From assembly GCA_000708835.1 (NCBI GenBank), contig DF237330.1:1-64000 (forward strand): DNA of 64,000 bases. Reading direction: 5' to 3'. Within the stretch, counting starts at the first letter, position 1, and the number at the start of each line of letters is the position of its first letter. Shown here piece after piece: positions 1-11,201 of the stretch. A program made the translations under genes and the position numbers. The notes beneath the pieces were generated by a model, which was not told where the DNA came from, did no database searches, and saw only the letters and a list, made by a program, of their open reading frames with translations. Source of the stretch: Klebsormidium nitens. Taxonomy: Eukaryota > Plantae > Klebsormidiophyceae.

Positions 1-660
1 ACTAATGGTGAACCCAACCCACAGATCCATCCGCTCCATTAACACCCTCCCTGAACCCGCGGCAGATTGACCTTACCCATCCCATGCTCACTGGCCGTCA
101 TGCACATTACTTTGCTAGACTCAGGCTTGCTTCTGCTTGAATTGATAAGCCGACGTTCATGGCAGGGGCCTCCATGATGGTGGGTTCTGATTGAGGTCCA
201 ACTCCCAGACTGACAGACTGATAAAAACACTGGTCACTCATGCCGGACCTCATGCCGGAAAGAATCAGAATAAGCAGAGCAATCAGAGTAGATACTGTCA
301 GAATGTTGGCGATAACTGAGTACGTCCTGCCAAAATAAACAGCCGGCGCCAATTAGCCAGCTGGGCGTCAAGCTCAAACGTGCAGAATTCAGATTCATCC
401 CAGTGCCCACTGAGGCTTGTCGGCGCGATGCCCGGACGAAATAACGTCGGGAGTCCGGACTCAAGGCGACCGCGACGTGGCCCGGGGTCTTACATCGGGT
501 GTCATTTCTCTCATCTGAGTCGTCTTTTAATGTAATACCGGGCAGCAGGCAAGTGCATGGGGACTCGGGAGCCGGGCCGGCCCGGTTCCGCCGAAGGGGG
601 GCGGTTGTCGTATGCCGACATCTCAGCGATTTGGAATCAGGATTCAGGACTCTGGTCACC

Positions 661-1219
661 GTACCGTACGGACCACGCGCTCAGCGAAATAGTCGCCGAC
701 GCAGATCCATGACGACATTGAAATGTCGATACTGGTCAGTACTCGCATGCAACCTAAGGCCTAAGTAGTAAGTAGGTAGGTACTGGTATTACTGCACGTA
801 GTCACCGCAATTGAGCAGACTATTGATTGTACCTACTTTCTGTACCAGATAAAGTACGGTACGTATTTCTGGATCTAGTGAACAGTAAGCAATTTGGGGT
901 TACTAAAAAACCTAACCCAATAGATCACCCGCTCCGCACCCGTACCCACCCTAACCACCTAGCTAACCCTACCCGTCTCCGTTACTGTTCACTGGCTGTT
1001 GTTGTTCACTACATCGACCGGGTTATAAAGTACGGTCAGTACCTACTTGCGAATATACGGTACCGGTAATACAGGTACAGACTCCAGAGGTTTTGATATT
1101 GTCATCTTGAATGAGAAGGGTTGGTCATGATCTGCACGTGCCAGTCCAGTAGCAGACGGTACCCCTGGGGCCTGTAGTATGTACATCCAAGGTTCTGTGA
1201 CGTATAGGTACGTACGTAC
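661..1219. promoter_or_regulatory. GTAC-dense intergenic tract upstream of the multicopper oxidase (candidate SBP/SPL-type element cluster)
   Basis: I counted 18 GTAC tetramers in about 560 bp (e.g. 661, 666, 739, 780, 829, 842, 854, 859, 1030, 1039, 1060, 1075, 1208, 1212, 1216); about 2 are expected by chance. A regulatory role is inferred only. Confidence 0.4.
926..980 (+). repeat. Dispersed C-rich element of about 55 bp (copy 1 of about 6)
   Basis: gctccgcacccgtacccaccctaaccacctagctaaccctacccgt. Related copies at about 4998-5044, 5590-5630 and 7547-7590 (+) and about 32940-32990 and 38372-38430 (-). Confidence 0.55.
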
Positions 1220-2244
1220 TCGCCGAATCACAGTCCACAGAACGCGGAGGTTCTGTCTCGAAAACAGACGCTCGATTTAAATAGATCTCCATCTCGTGCA
1301 AGCCGGACACGACCTGGGTGTCCTTGCGATTCCTAGGTCGTGGCACCTGTATAGTACTGCGAAACATTCGACTTGACTAAAGTAAGAAAACTCTAATGAT
1401 CGCACGGCGAGTCTTTCTCCAGCTATCGGAAGAAATGAGGGGATTGAGCACAGCTCTGTACACTCGACCGTCTCAGCTTTCCAGGCTCATCAATACTTGG
1501 CGACTTGAACTTAGAGCTACCTAAGATACCTTTCAAGCACTGAAGTAATGTGATGCGGGTTTGTTATGGAGCTTTCAGAAGCTTGCAGTCAGCTTGTGGC
1601 ACCGCTTATTGCACGTAGCTCATTCTTTATTCGGACGATATACTAGCTCAATAGCTAGCTGCGGTAACTCACAACAAAGCAAAGCTGCCACCGCAAGCTG
1701 CAAGGCAATTACAAATGCTAACATGCAAGTAGGTTTGATGGCGTTGTGTGTATGCATGTAAAAGACTAGGGAAGCTAGGACTGCGGAAAGCCCCCAGTAC
1801 TGCCCTACAAAACATCAAATTGCACTTCTCTACTTTTGCTTATTTTCAGCTCGTCCAGCTCTCCTTCAAGACAGGCCGCTCGTGATCAGGAGCCTCAAAA
1901 CAACGCAGGCAACCACTCTGCATTTCACAACAAAGCATTCTCAGCTTCTCAGCCAGAGGTCTCGAAACTCGGAAAGTAGGAAAGAAGTCATACTGCGTTT
2001 GTGAAAGCGGCGCAACCCGCTGTCAGCCTAGGACTACTCCGCGAGTGGAACTCATTAATGCAGGCTCCATTGCTGAGCTGCCCATTGTAGCTAGTGTAAA
2101 TTCTCCGCCAGCACTAATATACAGTCCAGCTCCAGAAAAGCCTAGCTGTTCAGCCCCTGACAGACCACATTCCGCATCGCCTTCAACTTTCTCTCCTTTT
2201 ACTTGAACGTGTGATAGGCGCTTGAAGTACAGCCAAACGTTGCT

Positions 2245-5200
2245 ATGGATTCCGCTCCGAGCAAGAAGACGCGGAAGCTAAGATTTGAGAATTTTCCGAG
2301 CTCCCAGTCTTGGTATCTCCTCACATTCATCCAGGTTCTGTTCATATTCCAGCTGTCCTGCGCAGACAAGGCCTCCGCAGCTCCCCTTCCGCATTTCCCC
2401 GTCGGGCGACGAGCGCTTATGGCGGAAAGCGAATCCTCTGCGGTGGCGAGGCGTCTCGCGGCAACAGCCCCGTTCCCACCCCCCGCGCGAGCTCCGCCCC
2501 CGCCAAGTCCCACCGTGACGTCACCCACTCCTACCGTGACATCAAGGTCCATGTCACCAAGCCCCCCGCCGGCAACGAGCCCACCAAAATTGCCGGTCCC
2601 GGCCATGGCACCAGCTCCGAGCTCCAGCCCAACTACACCCCCGTTGGCTAAGCCGGTGTCAAACCTACCCGCGCCGGCATTGGCACCAGCGCCGAGCTCC
2701 ACCCCATCTCCGACTCCGACCGCCTCGTTAGTGTCATCCGCACAAGGGGTCCTCCCAAACTTATTCTCACTGTCAAGGAAAAAGGAGTCGGGGCCAGCCC
2801 CCGGGGACTTGGCGTGCGTGTCGCAGGGCGTGAAAAGTCTGTGTCCGTTTGTGGATCCGCTGCCGCGCCCCGCGACGGTTGCGGCGCAAGGGTCTATCAA
2901 AATTGGGATCTATGAGATTACGCAGGTAGGCATTGTGACCAAACATTTCAACAAAATTCGACTTTCTCAACTTTAGGAGGGTCCTGATATCACGCAAGCG
3001 GGTTGGGGAGAAGGGAATTCTTCTGGCTGACGGGTTGAAGAGTTGCAGTCCTGAGATGCGCAGGTAAGGTTGATGGTTAGATGCATCATCTAACTTTCAT
3101 TGAAGGGCGTTCTACGTTGGGGATGTAAATGAATGTGCACGTAAGCTTGATGCTTAGATGCATCATTTAACTTTCATTGAAGGGCGTTCTACGTTGGGGA
3201 TGTAGAAGGGAAAGGACCCGGCTTTCGTGATACACCTTTGCAGCGTTTCAGTATTGCTGTGTTCAAGGTTGGGACTCTGCGGTAAGGCAGCTGGGTTGGG
3301 CTCCTAAATTCTCAGTAAAGATTACAGAACGAAGCTTCTCAGCTTCACATATATGGTAGGAAACGCAGATGGGTCTGGTCGTTTGAGCGTTCAGGAAAGG
3401 TTTGAACATAATTGATTTGTACTTTGGCTGTTGCTGAGGCTCCATGGGTGTGGTTCATGTTCCAAGTTCCCTGTAATGACCCCAAAAGCAGCCTTCTCAA
3501 GTTTGATGGAAAATCGATAGCAGAGCACGGGATTGTCAAAATGCACAAGGCTCTCAAGTTGCTTCGTAATCAGTTGCTCCTCTGGTTTCCGTCCGCTATT
3601 TTCCAAACGTCCTGATCTCAATCCTCGTTGTTTTTCCTCTTTTCTGAGACTCAGATGCCTTGCTTTCTCTCTAGTCTCTACAAGATCCCACGCCGCATAC
3701 GACCTTTGAGCTCATTTTCCAAGCCTCACGAACCTCATCTTTGCGACAACCTTTCTTTCCTTCTGACGTTCACTCGTTTCGCCAGCTTTTCCTGCAAATT
3801 CACTCCCCCTTCCCCCCAACAGATTCATAGCAACATGCCGAAGAACCCCCGGCCTGTTTCGACGTTCAGTCTTTTGACCACTTCCTCCACGAATCTGACC
3901 CAATAGCCTCCTTTCCCCGCCCCCCCTTGAGCAAATGCATCGCGACGTACATACGTACAGAGAACCCCATGTTCTGACTTTTCTTCCTTTCGACCACTCC
4001 CTCTACCAATTCAATCCAACAGTCCCCTCTCCTTTCCCCGCAGCAAATGCATCGCGACCTGCCAGAGCCCCCCCTGTTCTGACGTTCTTTCCTTTCTCCA
4101 GTACGTTTCTTCTACAAAACTGACCCAATACCCCCTTGTTCCCCCCCTCCAGCAAACACATCGCGACATGCCGGAGACCCCCCTATTTTGACGTTCTTAC
4201 CTTTCGATCGCCCACTTCCTCTACAAAACTGACCCAATACCCCCCCTGCAGCAAATGCACCGCGACCTCCCAGAGACCCCCCTGTTCGCATACGGCCTTT
4301 CCCAGGCCGCCGCCACTGTGCCGGGCCCGACTCTTGAAGCCAAATGGGGCTCCCCGGTTCAGATCACGTGGGAGAACCAGATCGGGGCGGCCAAGCACCC
4401 CCTCCCCGTAGACGACACGATCATGCGCGCCAAACCCGTTTCGGGGGTACCGACCGTGGTGCATTTGCACGGGGGGGAAGTGTCGTCTTTGTACGACGGG
4501 CATCCTGATGCGTGGTTCACGAAAGGGGGGGAGAAGGGGGCGGCATATACCACCAACGTGTATACGTATGGGAACCGGCAGGATCCGGCGACGCTTTGGT
4601 GAGTGAGCTGTTTCATTTTGCCCTTGAATCAATACACCGTTTGACATAACCCAGTATTTTGCTGCAAGCTTCATCCGTTTTACGTTCGTCATGCACTTCT
4701 TTGGAAAGAGCTAGCTTCACTACCCGGTTCAAGAATATGCTCTCATTTGGCAGACTATGCCAGCACGACTTACACCAAGTTTAAAGTCGCAGGTTCGGAA
4801 GCATCCGAATGTCTATTCACAGGATCAAAAGTGTTCAGATGTCAACTTTTGGAGGTCATCTCGGAGCCTATATTCTCGACCGGCGTTCAGGGCGAAAGCA
4901 GCAAGTCCCTTTCTATGAAACTCAAGAAAGATATTCTTTGAAACAGAATTGATAGTAAGCTCCGCTTAACAATGATAACCGTAACCCCAGAAGGTACCTG
5001 CTCCGCGCCCCTACCCACCCTAATCACCACTCTAACCCAACCCGTTTCAGTGCGGTAAAATCTCTATAATCTCGGCTTACTGTCGTTTTTCTTGACCCAC
5101 TTTCTCTTTCTTCCCCAGGTACCACGACCATACTTTGGGCTTCACCCGCCTCAACGTGCAAATGGGCTTGGCCGGATTCTATATCCTGCGTAACCCATCC

Positions 5201-8200
5201 GTTGATAACCAGTTCAAGCTGCCCCGCCGCGGGTTCGAGATTCCGCTCGTCATCAAGGACTTCTCGTTCCGTTCCGACGGAAGCGTGGACTACCCGGGCG
5301 GCGGAAGCGGAAGCCACCCCGTGTGGGAGCCGGAGTTTTTCGGGGACGCGATCACTGTCAACGGAATCGTGAGTGCCCAACTGAGCTTAAGAACTGTCTG
5401 TTCAGTGTTGGTCATTTGCTTGAAGGCAGATTCCTCGACGATACCGTTGTTTCGGCACTCAATCAAGAAACTGAAAACCAACACTGAGCTGCGGAGCTGG
5501 CAAGACATATGTTGCGACAATTTAGAAATAGTAAGCTTTGGGAATAGTAAGCTCAAATCAAACACTACAATAGGAACCTATGGAAACTACCTGCTCCGCA
5601 CCCGCCCCGCACCCGTAACCACCCTCGACCCCCAAAATGCCCCCTCGTCCCAGGCTGACGAGCTTCCTATTCCTAAAGCTTACTGTTCCCAGAGTGTCAT
5701 GGCTCGCAAGACATGCAGGGCTCTTAACGGAAAACGCAGCAAGCAAAGTTACACTAATCCCAGCCTCACGTTTCCTGCTCAGGCGTGGCCTTACCTGGAG
5801 GTGCTACCCCGCAAGTACCGCTTCCGCCTCCTCAACGCGTGCAACGCGCGCTTTCTTGACGTCGGCTTCAGCGCCCCTGACGTCACCTTCAAGCAGATCG
5901 GCACCGACGGGGGCTACCTCAGCGCGCCGGTGGTGCGCGCGCGCATCCTGATTGCGCCCGGGGAGCGCGCTGACGTCATCGTGGACTTCAGGGGCCAGGC
6001 GCCGGGCACAGAGATCGTGCTCACGAACCGCGCGGCCGCGCCGTTCCCCGACGGCGACGCGCCCGGGGATAACGGCCAGTTCGGTGGAACGGCAGAGGTG
6101 ACGTCAACGAATTTGCTGTTTTGAAGTGTAGAGAGGGGGAATGTTCTGTTTCGTAGCACGACTCTTCAAGTTTATAAGGGGCCACATCTACCCTCGAATT
6201 GAGCGTTGAATTCAGAAATGAACCACGAATTTGCCCGAAGTCTGCATCCGAGGTGAAATTGAAGAGCAGTGTGCGGAATGCTTTTGGCACGGCTCATATG
6301 CTTCTTCGTTGCTGTGATTGCAAAACCTGCGAGGTTTCGTTCGCATGTTTCCCCCCCATGATTGATCTTGAGTGCAAAAGGTGTAAAGAAGCTAGGGAAA
6401 CGAGAAGGACAGGGCTTCACGAAAAGCCGGGAAACTTAAGTACGTCAAAACCGCGACGAACTAGGAACTCGCACCTTGGATTAAATCCTGGACTGACCTT
6501 CGGACAAGCACGTGCGTGTGGAAGAATGGGTGAATTTCTGCTGATGTCATTGCCGGCGGCGGCCGTTTGGGCACTGCCAATTCGCGCCAACACATTCCGA
6601 CCGGGCCTCGCGGGAAACACTCAGACCACTTTCTAATCCGATTCTTGTTCCGAGATACGGATCCGCTTAGCACAGTCCGTTCTCCGCTTTGCGCAGCTCA
6701 TGAAGTTCATCGTGCGGAAGAAGGTCGCCAAGAGCGAGCGGCCGCGCAAAGGCCTTTTCGCGCTCACCAAATTCGAGCCCGCGGCCGACGCGGCCGCGCC
6801 GGAAGACGCCGCGTCGGACGACGCGCAAGTCCCAGGGTTTATGCAAACCCTCCCTAACCTCAGGGGTTTGGCCCCGGTTGTCGTCGAGCGCTGGCTGACG
6901 CTCAGTGAGAGCGAAGTGAACGGAGGCCCGGATGCGGTGCGGCTGGGGATTCTCGACGGAGAGAAAAACGTGAGCTCTTTTTCGTTCGCTGTAAAACCCT
7001 AAAAGTCCTGAAAACCTTAGAACCCTGATTATCTACTCGATTCCATCCAGTGTTGCTTGAGAACATTCTTCTCGATGAGTCATCACCTCTGCTTCTTGGA
7101 GGATCGTGTAAGCATTCTGCAGGATAGAAGACAAGACATTACAATGGTGATTACAATGGCTCTTGAAGTAGTACTAGCTACCTTGGATGGTAGCAACACA
7201 CAGGTGTGTTGGGGCAAATCATTGAACAGAGACAGTGGGGTCGAAGTTGTCTCGAAAGCGACTTTAGGACGCCCAGGTTCTACGTCGTCCCTAGTGCAGC
7301 ATGTTTTCCAGCTTACCAGCTTCATTTCTCCCCATGGCGGTTGATTTCTTCTAAGCAGAGTCCGTCCGAATTCGTCCAAACCCACCCACAGCCCAGTAAG
7401 AAGAGAACAGGGGGAAAGAATCAGCTTGGATATTGCAATCGATCGTACTACCTGAATTAGATTCGATGGAACTCAAGAAAAATGATAATTAGCCAGGATA
7501 AGAATAAACTCCGACTTGCACTAAAAGCCTGACCCAAAATGAACGTGCTCCGCACCCCACCCAAACCTCCAGAGAAACCCTATCCGTCCCTGTACGGTTC
7601 CCTTAAGTCATCTAGCTTGTTAATACTGCTGCTCTTGAGTTGGATCGAGGTTCGTCTTTCGAAATTGATACAATTAATCCCGTTTTAAGTTCTGGGCCGC
7701 AGGTTCCCATGGGGTGGATGGACCGCGTCACAGAGACCCCCCGGAACGGGGCCACCGAGCTGTGGCACGTCATCAATTTCAGCGGTGACGCACACCCCAT
7801 CCACGTGCACCTGGTCAAGTTTCGCCTGGTCAGCCGGTACGCCTTTGACGACGAGCGGTACGGTACCGGGCAGTGCAAGTTCAACACCGCAGACGCGACG
7901 TCATCGTGCGTACAGGTAAGGCAGGGGGGGTATAAGGCCGCAAAGCGGAACGGAGGTTAATCCACCCCATCGCTATACTCTCCCCCGTAAGCATTACGGT
8001 TTGGCACAATCGACTGCCTCCACCATGCTCAGAGCAATCTTAGGTCTGACCCGTTCGATCTGCTGAGTGGCGCCCTCCGAAAGGCACGGTTTGTGCCTGG
8101 CTACCGAATAAAGGGTGGCGAAACGTTAAGGCGTTACGAAGCAGTTCAATACGTGATAAACAACGGACAAGCATTAAGCTTTGCCTGCCGCCTCCGTTTA

Positions 8201-9407
8201 CCTCTGAGGCGTGTACGAGATCCGCTCTCGAATGCAGCACCTTCCGGGCTGCTTCTCAGAGCGTGGCGCCGCTCCCGCCCCGATCAACGACAACGAAGCC
8301 GGTTGGAAGGGGGTGGGAACGAGAGCGTGCGTAATTGTTTACATGCAAATCTGAGTCAAGTGAAGAATCACCGATTGCTCTAAACGCATCTACCGGGCAC
8401 TTTTTGCAGACCGGTACGCCCCTTCCCATCGACGATAACGAGGCCGGTTGGAAGGACACCGTGCGCATGTACCCGGGGCACGTGACCACGATCGTGCTTC
8501 GCTTCACGAGTCAGAGCGGCGCGGGTTTCGGGTTTGACCCGACCAAGGGACCGGGTTACGTGTGGCACTGCCACATCCTGTGAGTTCCGTCCGCTGCGTC
8601 CCCTTTCCGGCGTTCCGCCTTGTTCGGGTCCGGCGGAATGACAGCTTCGTCGCCGTGAATCATCAGCTGCTGACTAAATGACTTTTCGCTTGGGCGACGG
8701 AGGGCTTCGGAAAGCAGTTAACCGGTTGGCTTTTGGGGCGTGACTTGTGTATCGCTTCTCTAATATAAGCTGACTTCGTAGGCTGTTTCCTGACATCTTC
8801 GAATTCGTCGGATCGGCCGTGATTTCGTTTGGTTCCCGAACTGAAGATTCGACCGTTGGATCGGCCACTGAAAGCTTTCTATTCCGAAAGACCGCCGTGG
8901 ATCATGCTTGATGAATCCTGTTGATCCGCTTTTCGCTTCCTTCACAACGGCATCGTTCGTTTGATTGAACAGCCGAATCCCCTCCTGGCCGAGGTTTCCA
9001 CTCTCTATCTGTCTATTTTCACTTGAAACAGATCCCGAGTTACGAATTCCTCCGTTGCAAAATGATGCGAGTTTTGCCTCCGGACGCTCGTTCCCCGCTC
9101 GTCGTGGCACATGGCCAATTTGTTGAGAGGGGATCCAAGAACTGTCCCAAGACGTGTTTTCCGTGCCACGTTTTCCCCGTGAGGAAACACCAAAGTTCCG
9201 TCCAACCTCTCAAGGCTAAGACCGAGCCACAATCCATCGAGGCGCTTCTCTGAAAGTTTTGTGGCTCGCCAAGCGGATCCTAGATGCAGATTTCTTTCAA
9301 GATCCTTCAAGCGCTGAAGTCATTTTCAACGTGCTCGATCTCTCTTCCGCGCGTGCAGCGATCACGAAGACAATGAGATGATGCGCCCGTACAAAGTACA
9401 GAACTGA
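2245..9407 (+). CDS. LPR1: LPR1/CotA-type three-domain multicopper oxidase (putative ferroxidase) with an N-terminal hydrophobic segment and Pro-rich stalk, about 765 aa
   Basis: Exons 2245-2925, 4252-4598, 5119-5368, 5783-6097, 6697-6969, 7703-7915, 8410-8579, 9359-9407, all GT-AG and phase-compatible. All four Cu motifs are present: VVHLHG, WYHDH (split across intron 2), HPIHVHL, and HCHIL|[10 protein letters not shown]. The last exon is too short for the ORF track. [14 protein letters not shown] and WEPEFFGD match the LPR1/CotA family. Confidence 0.93.
2985..3205 (+). repeat. Decayed copies of the exon-1 donor region of the oxidase, including a 77-bp-period tandem duplication
   Basis: Real junction GAGATTACGCAG|gtaggc (2925); echo GAGATGCGCAG|gtaagg (3063). 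A roughly 64-bp block (gtaag..tgat..ttagatgcatcat.taactttcattgaagggcgttctacgttggggatgta) occurs at 3064-3127 and 3141-3204. Confidence 0.8.
3820..4290 (+). repeat. Tandem array (about 105-110 bp period) of the intron-1 acceptor plus start of exon 2 of the oxidase
   Basis: (c)agCAAATGCATCGCGAC.. recurs at about 3930, 4041 and 4150 and at the true acceptor (4251), with a more decayed copy near 3830. Most copies are preceded by ctgacccaata..cccc. Confidence 0.85.
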
Positions 9408-11201
9408 AGCGACCAAATGGCGGCAGTCAGCCAGGGCTGGGTCGCCCATTCCAAGGTTCAGTAGGAGGGCGTGATAACGAGGAGCACATGGGTCTTGACA
9501 ACTAGCTAACGCACGATAGTCGAATTGATTTGTCTCACAGACCGATCGAATGATTCCGCAAACCTTCAGTTGTGAAACACGAGCAAGAGGTTTCCGTCGG
9601 GTTAGTGATCATCTGGTGTGTTAAGTATATGCTCACTCGGATGACTAAGTACTTGATTAATGCTCAACGTTGAGCATTATTGATGTCAGGTAAGTACAAA
9701 ACTTAAATTCAAATCGCAGGTAACTGATCGACTTACCGGACAAAACTTCCAACATTTAAGGACGCATAGTCCCTGCGCGTTACTTTTGAACGTTGGTTCG
9801 AGGTACAAACGATAGTACCAAAAAAGAACGTACTAACCGTCTATAATGAATGATATTTTTAATTTGACCATGCCACCGTCAACATTGAATGATGTACGTA
9901 CCTTGATTGGGATGCAGCCAGCCTGTAGGTCACCCGGTATACGTCACATGCGTAATCTGACGTATTGAGCGGATCATCGATATAAAGATAGGTTGGCCCG
10001 ACAAAGCCGGTTATAAACTTTATGCTTCAGTGACCATTGAATGCTGGCGCCTTCGTGACGGTCATGGCTATAGCCATATGGCACTGCAAACGGACACAGA
10101 TCAAACGCCACATACAGAGTTTCACATGATTCAATGTTGAACCGCCGGCCGCGGCCATCCGCCCAATCTGGCACTGGCATGGTACGGTTTGTGATTGAGC
10201 TTGTATATTACATACCATGCAAAAGTTGAAACTTGCATGAAACTTCGGCCCCGCGCCAGCCGATAGGTACAAATAAGTTCTGTGTTTAGTATCTCATGAT
10301 ATACGTCTCTCGGGCTCGATCACTTGAATTGTGCATGCATATAGTATGGATAACTTCAAAATAAAGCAATTTGAAACGGGAGATTGTTTGCCAGCTTAGT
10401 CATTGGGCACGCAATGGGTCGGACAAGACTGAGATGCATGCAGGCCCGAACCGGTATTGACCGGCGGACTTAGATCGAAATCCAGGCTATAAGTTCCGCA
10501 CCATGCAAACCTACTACTAAGCTACAAGGAATGATGACCATGGCATGGGCTCAATGATATGATAAGTATCATGCAAAATTCTGCCAGCTGGCCAGCCGGT
10601 GTACGTCGGTATTATAACCAGGCTCTTGAATCAATGCAGCACTCAGTAAGGTTGATTGATACCGGCCCTGCCCTTGGTTACAATAGATCCAAATGTCGGA
10701 TGATCTAGGCTAGCTTAAGTAAGACATCGAGGTCATTCCGATGGGCCGCGACCGGACTGGACCACAGATTCAGTGATTGGGCCGGTCTAACAAGGCAGCA
10801 GCTTTATTGGGCCGCGAGCATGACTGCTTTTCGAAATCACCACGCCCGGCCCATACTGCCAGACTTCGAATTTGAGATACCGTACTGGCGAACCAGCGTG
10901 ACTCGCTCAGACGGGAAACGGGGCTTGAACGTACATCAAGTCCAGTCGCACTGATTCAAGAACATGATTCAAGAACATGCAGGAACTATTGAAACATTAT
11001 GTAGCCTAGAGCCCCAACACTTGCGATCAACCCTTGTCGGCTGGTTCAAGGAAGCAGGCCGATGTCCTGTTCAGCAGTAACCGAAGTTCTTTACGAGCTT
11101 CATAATGAACCTACCGCAGCAGTGATGATACTAGATGCTAACACGAAACACAGTTCGGCAACCTCTAGACTACTTGACGTTACCAGTACCAACCATAAAC
11201 A

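Noticed and set aside
39-352. Possible 5' end of a minus-strand gene at the window start (ORFs 107-352 and 39-230, with acceptor- and donor-like sites)
   Set aside because: No recognisable domain, TTG-initiated ORFs and several competing splice options; cannot be supported without the preceding sequence.
3820-4290. CRISPR-like repeat-spacer appearance of this and the other arrays (e.g. 44455-45154, 48660-49240)
   Set aside because: The units are degenerate along their whole length and derive from the adjacent exon junction; the context is eukaryotic and no cas genes are present.
9420-11200. CATG/CATGCA-rich composition shared by convergent spacers (also about 24000-26100 and 52500-53300)
   Set aside because: I could not align them beyond short motifs, so there is no evidence for a common element.
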